A DNA stretch of 63,808 nucleotides, the filler included, from Basidiobolus ranarum (taxonomy: Eukaryota), in NCBI GenBank assembly GCA_040143965.1. It is 11 parts of 11 records of this genome, joined end to end, with 100 filler letters (N's around TTAATTAATTAA, not from the genome) between each part and the next. Parts side by side here need not be neighbours in the genome. Positions count along the whole stretch, not along the records: positions 46,534 to 52,229 come from JASJQH010008398.1; positions 52,330 to 58,021 come from JASJQH010008399.1; positions 58,122 to 63,808 come from JASJQH010008400.1; 8 more parts are not named here. One strand, given 5' to 3'. Under the pieces are notes generated by a model. The model ran no database searches, was not told the DNA's origin, and worked only from the letters and a program-made list of their open reading frames with translations. Positions 50,059 to 61,400 of this stretch are shown piece after piece. The translations under genes and the position numbers were made by a program. Position 1 is the stretch's first letter. Each line of letters opens with the position of its first letter.

Positions 50059-51894
50059 TTAGTTCATGGTCATCAGTGTGGTGAGACCAAAAACTAGACT
50101 GATTGAGATTCCACCATAGCTTAGGGAATTGGCATCAGAGACATTTTTCTTTTCTGTGACCTTACCATTACCGCTGACAGCTGCGGTGTTACTAGGCTTC
50201 TTGGCACAGTTGGTGTTGCATGTGTGATAGCAATCGTCCTCTGGGTATTGTGGTTGTTTACCAGTAACGTTGGCATGACCCCAACCAAGATCTAAGTTAC
50301 AATCACTGTAAGCATGGAAATTGGAGGCACCGTACCAGTCCATTAATCCAGCGAGTGCCCCTTGGAACCCTGCATTATAATCTTGTGTTACTTCAGTATA
50401 TACGTAATTCGTGCGATCATCAAAGAAAGTATCATCAGTATCAGGTCCTCCAACCAATGCTCCGTAAAGGATGAATCGGTTCTTGGTCATACTATTCAAA
50501 AAATCATCACCAACCACGGACTGAGCTTTTCCTCTCAGTGGGTACTCAATGTAGGAGTTGTAACTACCCTTATGATAAGGTCTCTGGGGGTAATCTTGGC
50601 CAAATCCGACCACCCACGATCTACCACAGTCACCTAGGATGTAATTCATCTGTTGTGTGGCATGATTCAACAATTTCTTGGAGTATGGATCATTATATCC
50701 AAGGTCTTTAGCATGGTAAATCATTCCAAAGGCAGTGTTAGCAGAGTAGGATAGAGAACCCCATTTTTCATAAAACGATAGCCCCCGTGGGGTTTGTTTC
50801 ACCTTCTGCTGTGGCCCAGGGAGCCAGCTATCGAAGAATTTCTGTGCATTGGTCTTATAAACTTCCTGCTTAGTGATATGATACAGGAGGACATGGCAAG
50901 CGGCACCTTGATCATCCCACGACCATTCAGAGCCTGCGTTGACAGCAGCGTTATACCACTTGATACCTTCATCAAGATATGTCTGGTTATTGGTAGCTTG
51001 ATACAGGAATAAAGCGGCTAAGGCGAGTTCGTCTCTCCACTCAGTAGAAGGATACCACTCCTTCACGGTAGTCCAATTGGTGTCTTTGGAGGTCATGAAG
51101 GTTCCGGGATAGGAGGAGCCGAAGTTGTAAAGTTGGGCTGCGTGATCAATTAGAGTTTTGGAATAAGTGGGATCAGAATCTTTGAATATCATAGCGGTGG
51201 CAGCCATGGCAGCCGATGCAATACCAACAATCTCCGACGATGGATTTTCTGGGGTTACATAGAATGCGGTGTGCATGATTCCCAGAGGGACATATTGCTC
51301 ATAAAATTCAGGTGGCCCGAAATAGCCAAAATCCACGTCAGTCGTACCAACAGCAGAGGTACCAAGCTGAGCAACGAAAGCGAGAGGCTGGGGATGGGCA
51401 TTGATGAGATAATCCGTACCCCATTTGAGATTCTCCATAGCCTCATTCTTTTCGTTGACACTCTCCATGGCATCTCCAAAGGCCAAGATATTAAAGGCCA
51501 GCTGCATCACAGTGTATCCTAGTGGTTGCGACCACTTCATAGTATTAGCGGCTTCGTACCAACCACCACTGAGATCCTCACCATATTTACCCTTGCACTC
51601 GAAGCAAGAATCAGAACGCCAGGCTAGTCGTTGGTATGGAAGCTTTCCTGAGCTCTGAGTATGGTAGAAACTTTGCGACTTGTGCAAGACCTCGGAATAG
51701 TCGTATTTGGCCTTTTCGGGAGCGACGTAGTTAGGCGAAGCCAATGGTCCGGGGGGAGTGATACGGGGATCTTCAGGAGTGCCATTTTTAGGGCTTTCTT
51801 GCTCATCGAGCTGAAAAACCCTACGAGAGTCGGCTAGTTGAAAGGAGCATAAAGAGAGAACGACGGAGGCGGAAGCAAAATTCGAAAGCTTCAT
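50059..51894 (-). CDS. Glycoside hydrolase family 9 protein, secreted and probably GPI-anchored, with a non-canonical catalytic motif
   Basis: Signal peptide; motifs YSEVLHKS..FY..Q.SGKLP, WRSDS, DLSGGWYEAAN, KWGTDYL, WRDELA, GALVGGP and DDRTNYVYTEVTQDYNA; hydrophobic C-terminus; intronless. Confidence 0.92.
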   Translation of the reverse strand: MKLSNFASASVVLSLCSFQLADSRRVFQLDEQESPKNGTPEDPRITPPGPLASPNYVAPEKAKYDYSEVLHKSQSFYHTQSSGKLPYQRLAWRSDSCFECKGKYGEDLSGGWYEAANTMKWSQPLGYTVMQLAFNILAFGDAMESVNEKNEAMENLKWGTDYLINAHPQPLAFVAQLGTSAVGTTDVDFGYFGPPEFYEQYVPLGIMHTAFYVTPENPSSEIVGIASAAMAATAMIFKDSDPTYSKTLIDHAAQLYNFGSSYPGTFMTSKDTNWTTVKEWYPSTEWRDELALAALFLYQATNNQTYLDEGIKWYNAAVNAGSEWSWDDQGAACHVLLYHITKQEVYKTNAQKFFDSWLPGPQQKVKQTPRGLSFYEKWGSLSYSANTAFGMIYHAKDLGYNDPYSKKLLNHATQQMNYILGDCGRSWVVGFGQDYPQRPYHKGSYNSYIEYPLRGKAQSVVGDDFLNSMTKNRFILYGALVGGPDTDDTFFDDRTNYVYTEVTQDYNAGFQGALAGLMDWYGASNFHAYSDCNLDLGWGHANVTGKQPQYPEDDCYHTCNTNCAKKPSNTAAVSGNGKVTEKKNVSDANSLSYGGISISLVFGLTTLMTMN

Positions 51895-52329
51895 TGTATT
51901 TTACTTGATAGTTGATTTTCGAATTGATTGATTCGCAGAAAAGGCCAGACAATTATTGCAGAGTAGAATCGCTTTCTTTTATACACTTCTTGGTTATCCG
52001 ATTAGTAGGATCAATCACGCACACGTCACAAGTATTGGAACTCCGGTTGGATTGAAGGGGATTATGTTTTACTATATCGATGTTCCCCACTAGGATATCT
52101 GGCGCGGATGTATTTTAATTTTTCACTTGGCTCCAGATGGTCTATTTATCACACCAGAAAGACACGATTCATTGATGTGAATCGATGCAACTGGCTGTAG
52201 ATGAAATTTGCAATATCAAAAATTTCGAANNNNNNNNNNNNNNNNNNNNNNNNNNNNNNNNNNNNNNNNNNNNTTAATTAATTAANNNNNNNNNNNNNNN
52301 NNNNNNNNNNNNNNNNNNNNNNNNNNNNN

Positions 52330-52465
52330 TTAGTATATCTTCCACATCTATGTCCTCTACATCATAAGATTTACTGTGATAACGACCAGGAGTAGCACTC
52401 ACTTGATTAGCGATCAAACTGGCACTCAATATAGCAAGAGTAAGAATACTATGAGAGAAGTACAT
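52330..52465 (-). CDS. N-terminus of a secreted protein (truncated by the contig edge)
   Basis: MYFSHSILTLAILSASLIANQVSA is signal-peptide-like, and the frame is open to the contig end. Confidence 0.55.
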
Positions 52466-53318
52466 GATTGAATATATTAATGCCAAGAGAAATCTGATTT
52501 GATTCACACCAGGTGAGTTGTAAAGAAAGAGAAGAGAAATGGAAGTGAAAATGGAAATGGATTGGAAGAATGGTCAGAATGGAGGTGAAGTGAAATGTTA
52601 GCAAATCTTCATTCCATTTATATTGTTATTCTTGTTTCACTTGTGATGTAAGTAGGGTTTCATGGTAAAAATAAATCTGCCATGTGGATGGGTGCATGCT
52701 TGGTTGATTCAATATTTTCATGTCGTTTGGGTGATGCTGTTTGGTTTATACATTGGAAATGGATTCCTTGGAATATACTTGGTGTTTACATATACTGTAA
52801 CTGCATCCCTGAATCGGACAAGGATCTGAGGAAGAGGGAGTGGAGTGAGGACAGTGTTGATCAGGAGTGGTATCATTTGGTGAAACATATCTCCGATTAT
52901 TTTGTTACGTGTTCACATGTTACGTTTGATAACATTCACGCTTCACGCAAATCAACATGGTTGAATTCTATTGGATATATATACCCCATCTATAACTTAC
53001 GCTTTCTTTGAAACCAACAGTGAAAAGATGGAATTCTTGAGTGATTTTAATGAGTTAAATTCTAATATCCATGAATATGGAGGACTTTGGGATGATTAAA
53101 ATTGAATGTTCAAATCGATTGGTCAAGATGAATATTTTATATTTAAAGAAAGAAATCAAGATGAATGGTAGTTGCACTTATACCATAGCAGTAGTGGTGA
53201 CAATGACAGTGTAAGGGGGATTAAACAAATCTTCAATGGTTCTTCAAATGGAATGGTGTAGAAGAAAAGTGAATGGCTTTGAAGAGAGTCTTAACGATAT
53301 CATCTCCTGGAATACTCC

Positions 53319-54787
53319 CTACCAAGAAGTGTGATATTCTTTGGCGTTGTCTCCAGGCTTGGAACCATCAGGAGGAATCACATCGAAGAGTGAAGGATTT
53401 CTGTACACACGAACAAAGGATAAGATAGTATCTTCAATGGTACGGGGGATAATACCAAGATCATCGAAAGTCTCTCCCTCACCAGATGGAAGATTATCAA
53501 GATGAGCACGAATCACCTCATCAGGTGACAAATACAATGGCCAAGGTGCATAATCTAAGATTTTGGCTGCGAGACTGGCAATGGGCTTAGGTACGTTAAC
53601 GGTTTTGACAGTTTCCTTTAATTGATCGGAAACTTGGCTGACAAGCTCCTTGTATTCATATTCCTTGGGACCGTACAATTCGTAAGTCTTTCCAATGGTA
53701 CTTTCATCGTACTCCATTTGGTTCAACGCCTTGGCAACGTCGTTAACGAGAACTGGACGAAGACGTTTCTCACCTTGACGATATAAAGGTAACATATGTT
53801 TGAAATAGCCAATATCACTCAATAATTTATCTTCATGTCCGAACACTTGAGCGGGACGAACAATAGTAGCGCCTGGGAATTCTTCACGTACGACTCTTTC
53901 ACCTTCAGCCTTGGTACGAAGGAATCTAGAAGGGGAATCTTTGTGAGCACCCATGGCAGAAACTTGAATGAATCTAGAGACTCCGTGTTCACGAGCGGTT
54001 TTGGCAAGTACATAAGAAGTGGCGACATTCAAATCTTCATATTTGAAGTTCTTGGTCTCGTAGTCTTTTCCGATAAGATTGTAGACGACGTCAGAGTGTC
54101 TAATACATTGAGCGATCTTCTCTTCGTCACGTAGATCGAATTCTAAAGGAACGATAGCTCCCAAATCACCCATAGGCTTTAAGAAACGCTTGGTATCTTC
54201 ATCACGATAAGGAATGATTACCTGAGTACCTCTTTGTCCTAAAAAATATCCAAGCTTAGCAAAGGCTTCGTATCGAAGTAGACACAACTGAAAGAAAAGT
54301 ACCAAGTTTGCTGACTAAATAACGACCCAAGAAACCAGAACATCCAAAGACGGTAACAACTCGGCCAGATGTGGAACTTCTACCACCTGGACCAGCTCTT
54401 ACATACGTATTACCGGTAGCCTCTCTGACAATAACATCAGAAGAGTATCTCTAATATATTGAGGAAAATGGTAAGAGTCTGTGACGAGGGATGATACCTG
54501 ATGTTGAGTCAAACGTAGTCTCTAAACATTCCAGGCTATTGTACTCTAATCGAAATAATAAATTATAAGCTTACCTTCTGTCCACAGAAGGCAGCAGAAC
54601 TTTTCAAACTCTGGTGAAGTGTCGACTTAGCAACCTCTATGTATTCAAAAATGTGAGTTGACGAAATCCAATTAACCACTCATGTTGAAAAAGAATGAAA
54701 TCGGTTGTATAGAAAACAAACGTAGGTATGTGTACTAGAAAAATACTTACGTCCTCGCAAGGTGTTGAAAGTAGAAATCGCGCTCAT
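53319..54787 (-). CDS. NDUFA9: Complex I 39/40-kDa subunit (SDR fold)
   Basis: Four exons. Motifs [50 protein letters not shown] and ATIVRP. Confidence 0.95.
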
Positions 54788-55400
54788 GGTTTAGCTCGAC
54801 GAAATAGAATGCGAAGAGGGGTAGTTTGAACGCTTTACAAAGACAGTAATAGATGATTAGTGGGGCTCCAACTTTTGAGATTACAATATGCTAATTCCCA
54901 AAAAAACCGCCTGCTCGACCCAATTTCTGTTCTAGTTTGAGCTTCATTGGGGATTGCAAGGGCAGGGGTAGCACAACTTTCCTCATACTTTTGTTGATAT
55001 CTAATCCTATAGATTTCAAATGGAGATTGAATTAAATATGTATATATAAATGAAAATTTATTTAGTAAGTCTCTTTACCCCAGCATTTTTCGTCAACCGT
55101 AGATTTAAGTATTTGTTGATTGTTCAGGGTTTAAACTCACAGAAAGTGTTTAAGTTTATTCACTCGCAAGGATACTAGAAATCAGTCAAGAGCTGGGAAA
55201 GGAAAATCGATGGATTCTGTTCGAGGTTTGCAGAGTTGATACTGAGCTAGTTTTGGTCTTTGTGAGCAGAGAGAATGGTTCCAGACTGATTCTTTTGCTA
55301 TTCTGACCCCAACTTTAATGTATACGTACGCTCTGTGAGGCGCTCTGCTTCTTCACCTCGTTAAACCACCATCTAGTACTTGAAAGTTCCCAAAAATATT

Positions 55401-56500
55401 ATGTATGCGCTACGCAAGTTTGCCTTCTCAAGACAGCCTTTTATTAGAAACATAGGCCAAGTGTTTAGTAAGGCGTCATTTACTAACGCTAGCATCTTGT
55501 ATAATGCTGGTCCTTCTGTTCCGCCTCCGGCACCGAAAGAAACACAGACTCATTTTGGATTCAAAGACGTACCTGAGTCTCAAAAAGAAACTCTAGGTTA
55601 GGACAGGACTCTTATTCTAATTTTTAATGCCCAACTTAATTTTTATTTTCTCTGTTAGTCGGAAAGGTATTCGCCAATGTAGCGTCCAAGTATGACGTGA
55701 TGAACGATGCCATGAGTGCAGGTATCCACAGAGTTTGGAAGGCCCACTTTATAGAACAAATGTCACCCGATGCTGGTACCAAATTGTTGGATGTCGCTGG
55801 TGGTACCGGTAAGAACCATTTTTTATTGAAATATGGTGAAAAATAAGCTGAACAATTACTACGTCACATACACCTAGGAGATATCGCACTTCGTTTTCTT
55901 GATTATTGTCGGGACAAGAACAAGGACCACACTGCACATGTTACAGTTCTTGATATTAATCCTGAAATGCTTAAGCATGGACGTCAACGATTTGGTATGA
56001 CCAACTACTTCAATAGTAAGTGAATCTTTACTTTCTTTGGATGTAAGTTTTTCTATTCTTAACCTTTTTTACAAGCACCCCAAGTAAAATTTATGGAAGC
56101 AAATGCTGAAGACCTCTCGGAAATCCCTGATAATACTTATGACGTATACACCATCGCTTTTGGTATTCGTAACTGCACTCATGTCGATCAGGTCCTCAAA
56201 GAGGCCTACAGAGTTCTCAAGCCAGGTGGCCGCTTCATGTGCTTGGAGTTTAGCAAAGTGGAGAATCCTTTACTTGCTAAAGCTTACGACGTCTACTCAT
56301 TTGAAGTGATCCCACGATTAGGTGAGGCTATTGCCAACGACCGAGAATCTTATCAATATTTGGTTGAAAGTATTCGCAAGTTCCCAGACCAAGACACTTT
56401 TGCAAAGATGATTAAGGAAGCAGGATTCGCTACTCTCGGCAAGGGATACGAGAACCTTACCTTTGGCATTGCTGCCATTCATACTGGAGTTAAATATTGA
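55401..56500 (+). CDS. COQ5: Ubiquinone biosynthesis C-methyltransferase
   Basis: Motifs [56 protein letters not shown] and [12 protein letters not shown]; three GT-AG introns. Confidence 0.96.
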
Positions 56501-56769
56501 GTATGAGCTGCCTCCTCTCCCTCCCCCCCCCACTTAAGAGTATGCGGACCATTATATTCTATCGATATCTTGTCTATCTTCCTTTATCCCCATCCCAACT
56601 GTTTAGATTTAATACACGCTAAACCAATCCACATCCATATAAATATGAATTGACTCAAGTCTTGCGTACAAGTAGGTGAAAAAATGGTTAACAGTATTTT
56701 ACTAAAGTGACGATATGTAAACAAGAGAGAAGATACTTTGATTATCTATCAAAACACATTTCAATTGAT

Positions 56770-57570
56770 TTACTTGTACAGATCGGAGCGACCGAGGCAT
56801 TTTGGGATAGTTGTCACCTTAAACCCTTTGCTCACGATTGCATTAATCACTTCATTAACACTTTGTGTACTGCTTTTGACAATGTCATGTTCAAGTGATA
56901 TATAACTATCCTTCTTAGAGTCAGCATTCTTTAGTGCCTTGGTGAACACATTGACTGTCTTGGGACCGTTTTTTGTTTTCCAATCAAGTGTGTCTAGATT
57001 CCAAATGATCACCGTGTACCCCATATCCTTGAGAACTTTAAGTGCCTCACTAGAGTAAGAACCAAATGGCGGTCTCATATACTTCGGCTTCACTCCAATG
57101 GCCTTTTGTATCGCATCTTCTGTCTTTTTCATCTCTTCTCGGACTTTTTCTCCCGAAAGTTTTTTTAAATTTGCATGGGTGTAGGTGTGTGAGGCAATGT
57201 GGTGACCTTCATTATACGCTCGCTGTAGTATTCTCACATTCTCTGCATTTTCAAGCACTAAAATGAAACATTCGTTGAGAAATTCATTGATTGAGTGATT
57301 TAGAGTCACATGCCACTTACTCTGACCAACCACGAAAAATGTCAGCTTCACTCCCTTGCCTTTAAGGCTGTCAAGTAGGGTTTCAGTGTTCTTTCCATCT
57401 GGTCCATCGTCGAAAGTTAATGCGAATGAACCTGCTTTGGTACACTTACTAACCACACCTTTATCCTCGGCCAGTTTATGAATCGGTAATTTCTTATGGT
57501 CGATGGGAAGGGTCGCCGCATCGGAGGCGGTAAATATGACGGCGTATAGTACAAGTGATGAAAGTAACAT
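56770..57570 (-). CDS. Secreted CE4 polysaccharide (chitin) deacetylase
   Basis: Signal peptide; motifs TFDDGP, HTYTH, RPPFG, DTLDWK and LEHD. 63-nt intron at 57258-57320; ATG at 57570. Confidence 0.93.
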   Translation of the reverse strand: MLLSSLVLYAVIFTASDAATLPIDHKKLPIHKLAEDKGVVSKCTKAGSFALTFDDGPDGKNTETLLDSLKGKGVKLTFFVVGQSKWHVTLNHSINEFLNECFILVLENAENVRILQRAYNEGHHIASHTYTHANLKKLSGEKVREEMKKTEDAIQKAIGVKPKYMRPPFGSYSSEALKVLKDMGYTVIIWNLDTLDWKTKNGPKTVNVFTKALKNADSKKDSYISLEHDIVKSSTQSVNEVINAIVSKGFKVTTIPKCLGRSDLYK

Positions 57571-58448
57571 TTTATTGCTCAAGAAATCCAGTTATGAGTA
57601 TGTGCAACTTCTTGGATAAAAGTCTCTTCTTATAGTCAATATAGATTCATGCGCATGTAATGGGTAAATTAGGTGACGTTAATCTCAGGTCCACCTTCGC
57701 ATAGTACGCGCCTCACATTGCGGGATTCACGATGATCTCTTTGGATTGACAGCCACTCGATGTGATTCGATGTATTTCACATAAATTAATGTTCAGTAAT
57801 GATTACCAATCACTTCATTCGCTTCATTTACTTAGTAGAAATGATTACTTTTATTTACAGAAATATGATTAAGAACGAAGCATGATACTAATAACTAAAT
57901 AAAAGGATGTTATCTGTTCTCGACAACAACGTTCTAAAAATCAACGATGATATGCCGCTAGATAGGATGATACGAATGTTCGCTACGTATAAAATCTATA
58001 GGTTGACCAAATGCTTTTGAANNNNNNNNNNNNNNNNNNNNNNNNNNNNNNNNNNNNNNNNNNNNTTAATTAATTAANNNNNNNNNNNNNNNNNNNNNNN
58101 NNNNNNNNNNNNNNNNNNNNNGTATTTGAGGAGGCTGTGACAGGTGCGTTCCTGTAACGCCGGGTGTGATCGCGTATTTTTGTGACTTGAATGTTACCCC
58201 TTGAAATGAATGAATCTCTTTCATCATTAATATCCGGCGTCCATTCAAATAGTCAGGTTGCTCCCTTTTTGAGCTTGTTTATTTCCTTTCTTTCAGGGTT
58301 TCTTTGTGGACCTAACAACCTTTTATCTTGGATTCTATCCTGTATTTATTTAGCTTATTTTACCCTTAGACTGTCGCTGGCCATTTTGTCATAAAACTGT
58401 AGATATAATCTCTTTTCCTGAATATTACCTTCCTAACTACTGAAGAGA

Positions 58449-61400
58449 ATGGGGGACTTTCATTTGCTGGAGGTTTACGAGAAGGTACCTCGCCCCATTG
58501 AGCTCTATTGCCACAGCACCATGATTAACTTTTTTCTTTCATCAAAGGACACTCAGGTATGGTTGCAAGACCAAGAGGAGGGCTGGGTAAATGGTCAAAT
58601 AATCTCGAAAAAGATTGAAGGAACTAGTGTATATTTCGAAATTAAGAACGATAAAGACCAGGTAATTCCGTCAATTGCTAGTGTTTCCTGATGATTGACC
58701 ATACTTATAGAATCCTGCTGTTGGTTTACTATCCAGATTATAAATCAAGAATACAATCTGGAAAAAGTCCAGACCAAGCAAGTCGAACTACCTCCCCTGT
58801 GTAATCCCCCGATATTAGAAGGGATTGACGACCTGACGAACTTGAGTTATCTCCATGAACCAGCAGGTATATTGAGTTTGCACTATAAGAAACCATATAG
58901 GATTTCATTCATTAATCTCGAAATTGTTAGTTCTCCACAACATTCGCACTCGTTATACACAACGCGAAATTTATACGTATTCTGGAATAGTGTTGATCGC
59001 ATGCAACCCATTCCATAAAGTTTCCTTGTACTCTCCTGAGGCAATTAAGGAATACTCGGGGAAATCCCGAGGTGAACTCAAACCACATTTGTTTGCCATC
59101 TCAGAGGATGCTTACAGATGCATGATAAGAGAGCAACAAAATCAAACGATAGTTGTTTCTGGTGAAAGGTTAGTGGGAAATTTATGAACCTAATCTCCTC
59201 CTACTAGACACTAATTGGTGAGATAATTTGTTAGTGGAGCTGGTAAAACTGTAAGCGCGAAGTTTATCATGCGTTATTTTGCTTCAGTTAAAGACTCAGA
59301 AGGGAATGGTAATATACGATAAATATTGACTTGAATTTCTGAGAGTTTAAATTAATCATTGTCACGCAGATGGAGGCTCCGACCTAAGTGAAGTAGAAGA
59401 ACAAATTCTCGGTAAAATATTCATTCGGTATGAGGCTGAAACCATGGCAATATCTAAATCATTGAATCTATGTTAGCTACCAACCCTATACTGGAAGCAT
59501 TTGGCAACGCTAAAACCACTAGAAATGATAATAGCTCTCGTTTTGGAAAATATATTGAGGTATGTACTTTTCTATTTCTGACTCCATATTTGAATAGTTT
59601 CTGACACCTCTTTGAAAATAGATTCTATTTGATAAATCAACAAATATCGTTGGAGCACGTATCCGTACATATCTTTTAGAGAGATCCCGTCTGATTCATC
59701 AGCCTTACTCTGAACGTAATTATCATATATTCTACCAGGTAAGTGGTCAATATCCTGGTAATCCAACAGCAATCACTATATTGACTTTCGCCTAATGTAG
59801 CTGTGTGCTGGTGCTTCTTCGGAGGAAAGAGAAGAGCTTTCAATAAGCGACTATTCAGATTTCTATTATTTAAATCAAGGAGGACTGGGAACAATTGCCG
59901 GCGTAGATGATAACGAGGAATTCTCTCAAACAAGAAAGTCATTAGAATTAGTTGGGGTAGCCATGGATGCTCAAAAGGATATTTTCAAGATTTTGGCTGG
60001 AGTGTTACATCTCGGTAACATCCACATCGGTGGATCAGAAAAGCATGGTGCTGCGTTGGATGATGGTGATAATGCTTTCATAATTGCCACGTCCCTGCTA
60101 GGACTTGATCCGGCAGAATTTCGAAAATGGCTGATGAAGAAACAAATAATCATGAGATCAGAAAGGATAACAAATTCTTTATCTCCTTCTGAATCCATGG
60201 CAGCACGAGATGCTGTATCCAAGTTTATCTATACCAACTTATTCGGGTGGCTGATAAAGATAATCAATCAAAGCTTATGCAGCGAAACCAATCCTAACAC
60301 CGTGGCTTCATTCATCGGAGTGTTGGATATATATGGATTCGAACATTTTGAAAAGAATTCTTTTGAGCAATTCTGTATCAATTATGCAAATGAGAAACTT
60401 CAGCAGGAGTTTAACAAACACGTCTTCAAGCTCGAGCAAGAAGAATACATCAAGGAAGATATTGGTTGGCAATTTATTGAGTTTAGTGATAATCAACCAT
60501 GTATCAACATTATTGAAGGGAAGCTAGGAGTATTGGCTTTACTAGATGAAGAGAGTAGAATGCCAAAGGGCTCCGATCTTTCCTTGGTTTCCAAGCTCTA
60601 CAAACAGTTGGATGTCCCGGAGAAAAATGCTTTCTTTAAGAAGCCCAAATTCTCCAATGAAGCTTTTACTATATGTCATTATGCCCATGATGTTACATAC
60701 GAAGTGGATGGATTCTTGGAGAAAAACAAAGATACCGTCTCGGAAGAGCTTATTCAAGTCTTACTTTCCACTAAGTTTTCATTCTTGAAAGACATCATTA
60801 CGGCTAACGAAGAGCCCCCGTCCAATTCCCCGAAGAACGGGAGAAGCCCAACTACCGGAAACGTCAAGAAAACACTAAGTTCCACGTTTAAAGGATCCTT
60901 AATTAAGCTGATGGAAACCATTAGCTCTACCAATGTCCATTATATTAGATGCATCAAACCGAATGAAGAGAAAAAACCTTGGCATTTCGACTCACAAATG
61001 GTACTATCTCAATTAAGAGCTTGCGGTGTCTTGGAAACCATCCGTATTAGTTGTCAAGGATATCCATCTCGAAGATCTTTGGAAGAGTTTGTAGAACGGT
61101 ATTATCTGCTCGCCCCATCTTCGCAATGGAACTTCAAAGATTCAGCCAAGTTCTGTACAATGCTTCTAGAGTCAACTATAAAGGATGCAGAGAAATATCA
61201 ACTTGGTCGTACTAAGGCATTCTTTCAAGCTGGGCAGTTAGCTTATTTGGAGAAACTAAGATCATCAAAACTGAATAGCTCCGCATGTAAGATACAAAGT
61301 AACATTCGTCGATATAATGCTCAAAGGTTTTACAATGAGTTACGGATCAGCACTATCATTTTACAATCTTACGTACGTCGCAAACAGGCCACGCAATTTA

